Source: Sphaerodactylus townsendi (taxonomy: Eukaryota). From it: a stretch of DNA of 64,000 nucleotides. The notes under the pieces were generated by a model. It did no database searches. It had not been told where the DNA came from and saw nothing but the letters and a program-made list of their open reading frames with translations. Location: the NCBI RefSeq assembly GCF_021028975.2, contig NC_059437.1, positions 53,196,001 to 53,260,000 of the forward strand, read 5' to 3'. Positions 22,886 through 35,000 of this stretch are shown here, piece by piece. The stretch's first letter is position 1. Each line of letters starts with the position of its first letter. The position numbers and the translations under genes were made by a program.

Positions 22886-24026
22886 TGTACACAGAAATAT
22901 TTTCAAGTGTTTTTTTTTTGCTTTTAAAAAATACAATATGAAGCCAGACCCCATATTTCCCCCCACCACTATCCCCAATTGTTGTTCAAAGCATACAACG
23001 GGGAAGTCAAGAGTGAGATTTTCTGAAGCAAATACCCACTAACTCCCTTAGTGTAGCCAAAAGCCCCCCCCCCCCCGACCCCCGGTGTGTCACATAAAAC
23101 AGGAAGAGATCTCACGTTGGAAAACACAAAGCCATCAAAAGACAAGGCCCGAAACTGCCACATCCCCTCCCTGGCTCCCATGTGGTAGGGAATGATGGCA
23201 GGGGAAATGGCCCAAACACAGCAAATTCTTATTTGCCAGGAAGAATATGGACAGAGCGCTTTCCGCAATCACCACAGGGTTGTTTTTTACCACCGGCAGG
23301 CCCCAGAACTGTGCTGGAAGCAAGGCCTCCTCCCTTTCAAAAGGTGCTAGATTCCTTCCTAACTTGGCCAAGGTACAAAACTCCTCCAAGGCCGAAGAGA
23401 GGCACCCTCCCAGCCCTCCTCTTCTGTGAAGTGCTGAATCAACCTCAGGAGCATGGACCAGTCAGACACAAACACCCGGCGGAAAAAAGGCAGGCTCCTA
23501 ATTCCGAGGACCTGATTCCAGCAGTGATTTCATAATTGTACCAGAACTGATTAAGATTCGAAGGCGGATTGCGGAAAACTTGTTCCTTGCACAGCTTCCA
23601 CTGATTCCAGCCACCGACCCGCAGGAAAACATCAGTGTTTTCCAAGGTTTTTTCCGTCCCTCGTTGAGAATGAAAAAGAAGCAGAATTCTTCAGTTCTGT
23701 TACCATCGTTCAGCTTCACGTGTCCAAGTGGATCAAATGCCATCCGTTAAAAAGATAAAAACATCCAGCCATCTCTGGAGTGAAGTTCACTTCTCTTTTA
23801 AAAAAAACCACACAGCCGTGGGCATCTTCTCCCAGCAAAATAGGCAAGGCTTGGGTGCCGGGCAGCATCAGCAAGGAAGCCTTTGTTGAAAAGAGGCCAG
23901 GCTCTTCCCGCCATCTGGCCATGATCAAAACCAAACAGTGGCCTTACCATGATGGGGCCACAGTCGACGCAATACCCGTTATCTGCACACACACACACAG
24001 ACACCGAGACCCGCAAACCCGCCTGC

Positions 24027-24140
24027 TAGTTTCTCGGTGCAAGAATTCCAGAGTGCAAGAATTCCAGAGTGGATAGGATTCTCGGTGCAAGAATTCCAGA
24101 GTAGTTTCTCGGTGCAAGAATTCCAGAGTGGATAGGATTC
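24027..24140. repeat. Complex local tandem duplication
   Basis: GTGCAAGAATTCCAGAGT occurs four times with shuffled flanks. Confidence 0.9.
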
Positions 24141-24168
24141 ACGGGTCTCAGCAAGGAAGCCTGTACAG

Positions 24169-24301
24169 CAGAGGTGGCCAACCTATGGCGCTCCAGATGC
24201 TCATGGACCACAATTCCCACCAGCTCCTGCCAGCACGGCCAATTGGCTGGTAGGAATTGTAGTCCATGAACATCTGGAGAACCATAAGTTGGCCACCCCT
24301 G
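24169..24301. mobile_element. Palindromic hAT MITE in the inferred KMT5A 3' UTR
   Basis: TSD CTGTACAG/CTGTACAC. Confidence 0.85.
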
Positions 24302-24927
24302 CTGTACACAGTACGGTGGCACACGTGACTGGCAGCAACTGGAACAAGCCATTCAGGGCCCGCCAATCATCCACTCCCTCAGCAAGTTTTCCCTTTATCT
24401 TACAACTTGATCACACCCCGGACCCCTCCCATGCCAGGCTTACCAGAGAACAGACAACCAGCAAGTCAAGGGGATGTCCAAATCAGGCTTCACGAGTTAG
24501 GTGCCGTTTGGTCCCACCTGGCTGAACTGCCTTTCTTGAAACATGATCAGCAAAGGGAGAGCGGAGATTAGGAAGCAGCATCTGTGGCCACAGTGAGAGG
24601 AGGAACACCCATTCATGCGCAAGGAACTTCTTTGCAGTCATCCGCACTGGGGTTCGGGCCCCCTTCCTCTATCTACTTGCCTACCCAGGAATCACAAGTG
24701 CATCCTAGCTAGCATTAATCCCCCCCCTTGGAGGATCTACCATCCCCTACAACTGGGATGCAAGACAGTGAGAATGGATGCATACGTACAAACAATGACA
24801 ATCCCAGATGAAACCTCACAAGTGCCTGAAAAGTCAGAGAAGCCCTCGGGAACGACGAGAGTCCTCTGAACGCGACAGTCGCTGGCAGGACCAAAAGTCT
24901 GGAGCCAGGCTTGATATAGGCTTAGGG

Positions 24928-25073
24928 CCATGTTGGCAAACCTTTGGCACTCCAGATGTTATGGACTACAATTCCCATGAGCCCCTGCCACCATGACCAA
25001 TTGCCCATGCTGGCAGGGGCTGATGGGAATTGTAGTCCATAACATCTGGAGTGCCAAAGGTTCGCCACCACTG
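24928..25073. mobile_element. Palindromic hAT MITE in the inferred KMT5A 3' UTR
   Basis: TSD GCTTAGGG. Confidence 0.88.
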
Positions 25074-25888
25074 GCTTAGGGAAAGGACCAGTGTCAGGGA
25101 AGCAACCCTCTCCTTCACTGCCATTTTTGCTGGCCTTCTCCCCTCTCCTGGGTGCTGGAGCTCACATGCAAACGTTACCCTTGCTCCCCATTTGGGCTTC
25201 AATGGCACCATGTTAGCCCAGGACCCACTGGCCAGATGGCGTTGCCACGAGTCAGAAACACAGCAAAATCAATACAGCCCGCCCCAGCATCTGGAAAGCT
25301 GTGGGGGGAAACTGCCACCAGCAAGAAGCAGGGAAAGCATTTTTGTTTCTGTGTCCCCCTACCCAGAGGGGAACCCCTGCCTATGCAGAGGCTGGAAGGA
25401 CAACAGTGGAATTCCATGGCGAGGATGTGCGGGCCAGCTCATCACTGCATGCCCAGACATTAAGAAAAAAAATACCCATTTTCTGAGGATCAGCAGGGAT
25501 TATCAGCATTTGCCATATTGTGGGAATTCACTTTAGATTATTCTTTTCCCTCCGCCAAGCCGAAGCATGGCTCAACCCGGTCAGCTGCACCCCACTACAG
25601 AATTCTGTATTAATCCCAACGGCTGCAATCAGGAAACACTGATCAGTTCACCTATCTGTATGTGAAAGGATGGGAGGCTGAAATGCCTGACCAGTCCAGT
25701 ATATAAACAAGTCGGGAGGTCTGTTTCAGGCCTGCCCCGGAGTGGAGCGGTGGGTGAAGAAACCTTGCAACAGTCATTTTTAAATAATTACAGAGTAGAC
25801 CCTGGAAACATCTCCGCAAAGAGTGCTGTAAACAAAGCCGATTGAATCCCCTTGGGGGAAAAAATGGCTCTTTCCAGAACAAAATGAG

Positions 25889-26099
25889 CTAGTGTTTTAG
25901 CCACGGGTGAGCCTCTAGAGAGGCTCTGCTCCGGTCTCCATAGTCATACAAGAGTTCTTCGCCAGCCTTGATGTCACGCAAAGCGACCAGGATGAGGTGT
26001 GGGACGCCGTCAATGTCATGGAGTTTCGTCTGACAGTTCCCGCATTTGCTGTGATTGATCAGCCTTCCCAGGCGATTGGTCTCTTTCGTAGCATCAACA
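25889..26099 (-). CDS. KMT5A: KMT5A exon 8 coding part (SET domain C-half)
   Basis: (C)VDATKETNRLGRLINHSK...ELLYDYGD...HPWLKH-TAG. Confidence 0.97.
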
Positions 26100-29000
26100 C
26101 TGCAGGAAAGGAGGAGGGGAAAAAATAACACGAGAGATTTTGGGGTGCTGTGTGGTTTCCGGGCTGTATGGCCGTGGTCTAGCAGCATTCTCTCCTGATG
26201 TTTCACCTGCATCTGTGGCTGGCGTCTTCAGAGGATCCTCTGAAGACGCCAGCCACAGATGCAGGCGAAACATCAGGAGAGAATGCTGCTAAACCATGGC
26301 CATAGAGCCTGGAAACCACACAGCACCCCAGTGATTCCAGCTGTGAAAGCCTTTGACAATACAAGAGATTTGATTTCTTCACGGCAAAGAAAAGAAACTG
26401 GAGTTTGTGGAGCTGGATTTCTGCCTCAACAGAACACGCCAGGACAGTTTCTCCATTAATGCTGGCAGATTTGGAGAACTACAAGTGCCAACAAGAAATG
26501 TTCTTCACTATTACACAGGGCTTCAGAGTGTGTTTATAGATCTTCACATACGTTGTCTCAGTATGTTAACAGGTGCTCGCCTAGGGTGAGTAAAAAGCAC
26601 CTTCAAGCAAGCAGCTACTGAAGTTACGGAGAACCAGATGGCAATTTTTGTTTACAGTTGCACCGAGCATTACAACAGGATGCACAAGGCCAGAAACATT
26701 TGAGGATTGAGTAGGACTTTTTCTTAAGAGAAGGCCAATTCAAAGCAAGAATTATTTCAAGAACAGATATGAATTGTTGGCTTCCAACGTTCTGAAAGGA
26801 AACTACTGCTGGTTCCTTCATTCCATTCATGTAAAAAAAATAAATTCTACGTCTCTGTTACCAGACACTGGGGGAAACTGCTTTTACTCCATCATCCACT
26901 AACTAATGCTGCAGGAATGGAGAAAGGAGGGGGGGGGATCTTACCAGTACGTTTTGCTTAGGTATTGAAAGTAGTACATATAGCAGCCAGTGGAAGGGTC
27001 TTGGGCGTACACTGCTTCTCGCTTCTTGGCATCAGTGATCTCTATGAGGTCCCCATGATATTCGACCACAAACTCTCCCCGGTTAAAATGCCTGGTTGCA
27101 ATGACCCCTCGCCCTTTGCCATCAATGAAGTCAATCTGCAGACGTGGGAAGAAGAGACGCAAGTTGCGGGCCAGCTCCAAGGCAGAAAACAACTTGCAAC
27201 ACGGAGGTTCTTTATCTTTGTCTCTCTGAACAGCCGATCCCCACTCACAGATGGCTTTTGGAAAGGCATTACTCGTCTAATAACAAATCTCCCAAGCCTG
27301 CAGACTCCATTGCCCCTCCCTGTTCCCTTTGCAGACCATACCTGAAGACTTTCACAACACAACCACAATCTACCATAACATCTTAAACCTTAACGAACTG
27401 TAGTCTTTTCTTGACTACAAATCAGGACTGTATCCTAATCAGAGGCGTACCAGGGGTAAATGGTGCCTGGAGACAAATTGTCTCCAGGACGTCCCCCAGG
27501 CTCTGCCCCTGCCCCTGCCCCGCCCACCTCGGCTCCACCCACATTGCCCTCGACCCAGCTGGCAGGGGGGAGGGAGGGAGGAGTCCTGGGCGGGGTTGAG
27601 GGGGCTTGGAGGCAGCAGGAAGTCCTGCTGTTTTGTCATTTTTGCATGCCTCAGACGGGGTCGAGGCGCGCAAAAACGACGAGACAGCAGGACTTCCTGT
27701 TCACGTGGGGGGCCGATTTTGCGCCCCCCACGGGACCAGAAGAGTGGCGCCCGGGGACAAGGGGTACCCCTTGTCCCTAGGCAGATAGGCCACTGATCCT
27801 AATTTAGAGTGCTGGTTTGTAGGCGAAAAACTAAAAAAAACCTGCAATTTAAGTTTGAACTTCCCAACAAATTCCTGTTCTTTTCCAGACATGAAGTCTT
27901 CAATCTCAACTGGCCACACAAAAAAAGGGACAGAGTCTCCTGGGTTCGTTCTCATCCCAAATGAGTTCACGAGAATGCAGTTCATGTGAAACCTGGGTGG
28001 CTCCTGTTTGAGAAATAAGAGGCCAAAGATGTGTGGAACAAGCCGTATGGCCCTTTGGATTGTGGCCACCGTCTGTGAGAAATGTTGACAAAATCCTTAA
28101 AATAGCATCTCTCCTTTTCTTCCAGGAGACTGGAATACCGACAGCTGTAGTCCTACAGAGTGGTGTTTTGATTTACTCCTTTGAAAAAGAAATGCTGCAC
28201 TCTCAGGCCCTTTCCGCATGGGGGCGTATGATGGACGCCGATTTAATTCCCATCTCTGGGACTGGCTCGCATGGAACCGGCCTCGGAGCCATGGCGCAGA
28301 GCTGCGCCGGTGCCAAGCATCCAAGATGAAGGTCCTGCGGCCCTCCGGTACGTCGCCGAGGCCAGGGGACACGCCCCCCTGCCCTGTGCGACCGCTTGGG
28401 AGTCGCAGGGCAGAGGGGGCGTGTCCCCAGGCCTCGGCGATGCGCCAGAGGGCCGCAGGACAGGTAGGACGCCCGGACATGCGGGGAGGGAAGGCGCCGC
28501 GGAGCCGCCGTTTTCCAAAAACCTCGCTGGGCAAAGCAGCTGCGCCCCCTGTGCGAACGGCTCCCTGGGGACGGCGTTTTTGCCTTCCCCAGGCTGCCGT
28601 ATTCCGCCCGTGCGGAAGGGGCCTCACACACAAATTTGTCTTTCTTCTCAGCTCACTCTGTGTGCGCGCGTTTCCTGCACGCGCACTTTTCCAGTCCAGA
28701 CCAGCCTTTCGCTCTACCTTGCAACTTTTCCAGTCCAGCCTTCACCCTACCATGCAACTTTTCTACGCACAAATTTTGCATACAAATAATCATTTTTTTG
28801 TAGAGAATCTTACTGCATCTCGGTGATAACCACACATTGGCCTGTGGAGAGGTAACGTGTATACTTTCTCCCCAAATAAATAGATCTGTAGTTCCTCAGC
28901 ACTGAGATATGTACAGAGGATCCAAACAAAGCCATCCACATTTCAGCCAACGCGCTAATTACCTTCATGCCTTCTTCTTTCCCACTTTCTATTAACTCAT

Positions 29001-32000
29001 CGATTTGCTTCTTCTCCTCTAACTGGAAAGAAACAAAACAAAAACATGCTAGAGAGAGCACTACGGAAATGCTTTTCATTCTTTACCCCAGCATTCAATG
29101 TAAAATTGCCCCCCCCCCCACCAAGCAGCTTATGCCTATTAGTAACAAACGTATTAAATTACAGGTCTTTACTGTCTGATTGAATTGCCATTCGTAATTT
29201 GCAATTGCCCTCGAGTCTCAGAGAGAAAGGTGGGCTAGAAATTAAGTTAATAAAAATGATTTCTGTTGGCAAGTTTTCCACAAATGAACATTTGAAAAAA
29301 TAGTCCAACTACCTGTGGTTTGAAGTGCCCGGTTTTGCCACCTTGTTTCCCTGAATGTGTGAACCAAGCCTTGGATCTGGAATCCTGTCCTGACTTTCTG
29401 TTTAGTGATGGAGTTCCCAATTCCTTGGTGGACTATTTACCCTGAAAGGATTGGCAAGACGGGGGAAGAGAACAGGTAGCTGGGAAGTTTATTCAAGGTA
29501 GCTACAGGGAATGGTACCTGCAATTCTTTTTTGCTCTTCCGAGAACTCCTTCTAACAGGGTAATAATCTGTCACCTTCCGATTCGGTTGGGTCTTCCCTT
29601 GAGCTCTGAGAAAACACAGAGAAAGCCATGTGAACACTGCTGGGTTTTCAGCAACTTTGTATTTCCAAGAGAGACACTCTACTGTAAATGCTACCGTGTT
29701 TCCCCGAAAATAAGACAGTGTCTTATATTAATTTTTGCTCTCAAAGATGCGCTATGTCTTATTTTCAGGGGATGTCTTATTTTTCTGTGTTCTGTTCGTC
29801 GGGCATGCTTCCAAACAAAAACTTTGCTACGTCTTACTTTTGGGGGATGCCTTATATTTCGCACTTCAGCAAAACCTCTACTACGTCTTATTTTCAGGGG
29901 ATGTCTTATATTCGGGGAAACAGGGTAGGAAGGTCTCACTACATTCACACTCTGCTTGATGATAAGAGAGTTCAGCAAGGGACCGTAGCCTTGAAATCTT
30001 TGTTGAAGCGGCTACTGAAACAATGTCAATTGGACCATCGTCGTAATTCTTACTAGAAAATCAAAATTGCAGGTAACGCGTACTGGAGGTCAACACATTC
30101 AATAAATCAAAAGATTTTTAAAAAATGAATATATAATTGAAACCAGAAGCTTTCTAGTGGACAAACACGGGCAGAAAAGAATATGGGAGTTTGATTTTAT
30201 ACATGCCATCTGCTGCAATAATACTTTCTGAGCAAAAAAATGGAAACCTTCAACTATACCTGCAACTGGCACTTACTTTCTCTTAGGAGCAGGCTTCGTT
30301 TTTGTTCCCTTTTTCTGCACTGCTTTTGCATTCGCTGCAACAGCAGACTCGGCGGGCAGGGGCTTTTGAGTTTCTGTGGCCTCTTGTTTTTGATTCGAGA
30401 CGGATGCTGGAGATTCACCCCCACTTTCTTTGTCATTCTGGCCTTCAGATTTCACGGCGTCATCTATTGCGTTGCCGATATTGATTCTACCTGCAGGTAA
30501 CGGCACGTGGGTGGGTGGGTGGGTTAATGCTTGTTGGCATGAAAGGCCTCACATTTAATTTGTTTCCTTGCTCCTCGGCTTGCAAACTGTTCTCATCCAG
30601 TATCACCAGGAGGCCAGAAATATTGGGATACTGTGCCTCTCCCACAAGGCAGTCATGAGAACACCTGTTCACTTGTTAAGAATGCTCATGCTACAATTTT
30701 CATTTCACCTTCACATTTGTTGGAAGGATTTCTAAACAGAAAATTGCATGACCACACTATACCTCTGTCTCTGTGGACTGTTAGGGGGAAAAACCATACA
30801 AATAAATGGGTCTGATTCTCTGTATTTTTAAATATACTGCAGAGACAAGGCAAGTAGTGGTCAAGGATAAAGTCTTTCGAGCAGATATCCCAGGTGATTT
30901 TGGGCCAGTACTTTGACCATCCTTATGTACCAGGTGAAAAAAAAATATTTATGTACCAGGTGAAGACAAATTTACTTACAAAGCTTGTCATAAAGAGGAA
31001 AAATCAGGTTTTGGCAACAAATTATATTTTTCCTGATCTTTGATTCAAATGTGGTGGGTCTGGGTTGGTTTCTAACAGCAACGGATTCTTACCTTCTCCT
31101 TTTCTGCAGCTTTCGTTCACAGTTTTGCCAGGGCATTTGGCCTCATGATGTGCGGTGGAGTTTTCTTCTTGGAGCGGCGGTCGAATAGTGGGAGTTTTGT
31201 TCACACTCATGTAGGTGTAGATTTTGGACTGACAAGAAAATATGTTCTCCTAAAGTGAGAGAGATGCGAGAGAATCTACATTATCAAGCCCCTGGTCTCA
31301 GTGTTTCTAATGCATGTAAGAACTCTGGTAGAGAATCCCACCATGTATTTGAATCATTTCAGGGGGGGTTTCTTGTTCAAAGCACTTGACAACAAAACAA
31401 GAACATTTACAACTGTCCTCTCTCCCCCACCCTTCCTAATATCAGCCCCTCGCTCCGGTTCAAGCTATGTTTTATTCTGCCCTGGATATTGCTTGGCTAC
31501 ACATTCTCCTAAAGAACTTACTGTATCCCACCAAAGGCCCATGCAATCGAGAATCTGCTTTCTTACGAGGGAACAAACAAACATCCCTGGAATGCTTGTA
31601 AGCCAGCCAGGGAGGTCAAATTCTCCACCTGAAAAAGCAGGTATCTGGAAAAGGTGAGCTGTCCTTTTTTCATGCTGGGTTTCTATGGTTCCCAACCTCC
31701 AGGCAATACCTGAAGATGTGCTATTACAGTGATGGCGAACCTACGGCACGGGTGCCAGAGGTGGCACTCAGAGCCCTCTCTGTGGGCACGTGCACACAGA
31801 GTTCGTCATATGGGGGGCGGAAAATCACCCCCCCACACACACATCTAGGCTGGCCTGGGCCACTGAGCATGACGGGCCTGGCTGCTGCCGAGGGGGGTGG
31901 GGTGGGCAGAGGAGGCAAAGATGCTAGAGAGGCACAGAGCGGTGTGCACGGGACTTGCTGGAGGCTAGAGCAGACTGGTCCCTGCTCAAGCGTGTGGGGC

Positions 32001-35000
32001 GGAGGAAGAGGGAGCCAACCGGGTTTTTCTAAACTAAAACCTCAGCATTCAGGTTAAATTGCCTGGTTGGCACTTTGCGATAAATAAGTGGGGTTTGGGT
32101 TGCAATTTGGGCACTCGGTCTCAAAAAGGTTTGCCTTCACTGTGCTATTATAACCGATCTCCAGATGACAAGATCAGTCCCCCTGGAAAAACTGACTGTT
32201 TGGAAAGTGGATTTTATGAGTGTGTACTCCTCTGGAGTCCTCTGCCAGGCCTGCTTTCCCCAGGCTCCACCCAAAAAATCTCCAGGTATTTCTCAACATG
32301 TAGATGTCAACCCTGTGGCTTTCTATTGACTAAACACAAGGATGGGATACACCCTTGGCACTCAGCGCTGCCTAGTTACAACTACGATGCATTATATTTT
32401 TACTATTCTATCATCTTTTGTCTTATGTTTTAAAACTTGGGAGATCATGTTTCCAATTTTATAGGCTCCCCACTAAAGCTAATATTCATAACTAGTTTTT
32501 TTTTTAAGGGGGAAAATAAACATGCACAGATATGCAATATTCAGAATATACTGATGCCATTTCTACTTCACTTTTCTACCCAGTGGGGACCCAAAGAAGC
32601 CAACATTGTCCTCTTCTCCCCCATTTTACATTCACATCAATCCTGTGAGGGAGGTCAGGCTGAGAATGTGTCATGTGCTGTAGGTCACTAAGCAACCTTC
32701 TATGGGAGAGAAAGGACTTCAACGTGGGTCTCCCAGAAACACTTGAGCACAGCAAGAACGATTCCCGACAGTCAAACATGGAACAATTTTGTCAGGGAGG
32801 TATACTTAGCTCTCCCACTGTCAATCAAGATGGCCATCTGTCAGGAGTACTTTGATTATGTGTTCCTGCATTGCAAGGGGTTGGACTTGATGGCCCTTGG
32901 GGTCTCTTCCAACTCTATGATTCTAAGAAGCAGGTGAAGTCCAGTCTCTGGAGGAAAGAGCTAAACCTAATTACTGTGACAGCAGACAGACATACAAGGG
33001 GAAAGGATCATGGCTGGATAGCAGAAAGCATGGCTATTTCATTTTAATTCACTCTGCAGCGGATCCAGCCTCAAACAGACAGCAAGGTTCCAATCCACAC
33101 TGAACCACATCCTTGCTGAGGGGCCTTATCCTTCCAGTCACAGCTCACTTTTTGTAAAATGGGAATAATTGCAGTGACAGAGCCACTATGGGGAAGAAAA
33201 CACAGTGGAGATGAAAAATAATAAAAGGGCGTGGAGGAGAGTGCACTGACTATTTTGACTCCCCCTCCAAGCAACTGAAGTCAACCCCCACTGAATGGGG
33301 TATTATGGGATGCCACTTCCACCTGATTCTGACTCAGTGGCCTCCCAGAGGGCGGGCAAAGCAGAGCACCTAGGCAACGGAGGTGCAGAAGCAAGCTGTG
33401 CCAATAACAGGCGCGATGCGACCCTTGCAAAGCAGAGCCTTTATTAAAATCAATTCCGCACTTTTTAAAGAGATGAAAGCCGCTGAAGCATTTCAGGCGC
33501 TTGCAAAGAAGCCCGGAGAAGGGTCAAGCCTTCCCCTTTCCCCCAGTCCCATCTGCGGCGTTTCTCTTTTCCAAAAAAGAAGTGGGTGTGTCTGGACGGA
33601 GCACTTTGGCTTTGGAGAAACTGGCGAGAGAGTTTGTTTATCTATTGATTTCATTAAATGTATAGACCGCCCTCCCCCGTAGTCGGGCTCAGGGCGGTGA
33701 ACAACCACAAGGCAAAAACAATAAAAACAGCCATAAAATACAGTAATAGAAACAATAACAACAGCAGATGGATGACCCCCCCCCCCTCCCCGTACCCATG
33801 AGAGTTGGCCAAGGGATTGGGGGGGATGGAAAGGCGAGCGCCACCTTTGCAGGCATGGCAGGCGTGCAAAGGATGCGGGACTCCGGCCAAGCTGCTGCTG
33901 CTGCTGCTGCAGAGAGCAGGGCGGGCCTGCTCCGCTCCGAGGCCTGGAGGCGCTCCCTGCAAGCCAGCCAGCCAGCCAGCCAGCCAGCCGGGCTCCTTGC
34001 GCGGAGCGGAGCGCGCTGCGCCCAGGGCGCACGGCGGGGCGCGCGCTTTGGAGAGGTTGGGCAGGGCAGGAGGGCGCTTACCCCGTTCATCCTGGGCCGG
34101 CCGGCGGGCCGCTTCTCGGCGCCCCCCTCCGCCGGGCCGTCAGCGCTGCCGCCGCCGCCGCCGCTTTGCTTGGCCGCCTTGGACATCTTGGGCCTCCTGC
34201 CTGCGGGAGAGGCGAGCGGTCAGAGCCCAGCCGAGGAGGAGGAGGAGGAGGCGGCCTCCACCACCCCGGCCCCGGGGCATCCCCCCTTCCCCGCCGGCGG
34301 CGCCACCACCACCACCAGCACCGCAGGGCCGGCGCCACCGCCAGCCGCCCGGCTTGCAGGGCTCGGGGAGCCGCGGCGAGGCCGCCCCTTCCCGGACGCC
34401 AGGGAGGCGGAGCTGCTGCTGCCGGCGGTTCCCCGGAGAAGGCGGCCGCTGCCCCCTAGAGGAGCCGCCAGAAGGCCCCCGGAAGAACCGCGCGCCTAGG
34501 CTCGGCTCCTTCTCCCCCAGCCCGAGGCTCCATCCTCACAACAACCCCGCGGGGTAGGTCAGGCGGAGAGAGCGGCCCAAAGTCAGTCCAGGGGGATTCG
34601 AACCCAATACTGCTGGGGCCTGGCCCCATCACTGCCACCAAGGATCCTAAGATATTGGAAATGGTGGCCACTTTTCTTATTAATACTTTGAATTAATCCT
34701 TTGGGGGTTTTCCCCCTGTTTATATTACCCTTACGAATGTTGGATATTATTATTTTTTACCCAGTTACTTGGTTCCCTATTTGTCTCTATCTTGTTTGAT
34801 TTCCTTTTTTGATGCCTAATGAAGGTTTATTTCTTTCACTGCCACCACCCTGGCTCTTAGAAGCCAAGACTCTCTCCTGATCAGAGAAGCCAAGGTGGCG
34901 GAAGGCCTCTGAGCAGGTGCAAAGTGCATTTGCTTTACCACTGAGTGACTGTAGAGAGTCTCCACCAACCCCCAACTGCTCAAATAAGGGTTTAGTGGGG

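Noticed and set aside
24027-24140. CRISPR-like repeat appearance
   Set aside because: Eukaryotic context, no unique spacers, no cas genes; local duplication.
28097-28826. Cluster of 140-200 aa ORFs
   Set aside because: Explained by a GC-rich palindromic MITE with TIRs and TSD.
33493-34557. Several long overlapping ORFs (up to 250 aa)
   Set aside because: Stop-poor CpG island; only 34200-34082 matches KMT5A, and its frame is closed by a TGA just upstream of the acceptor.
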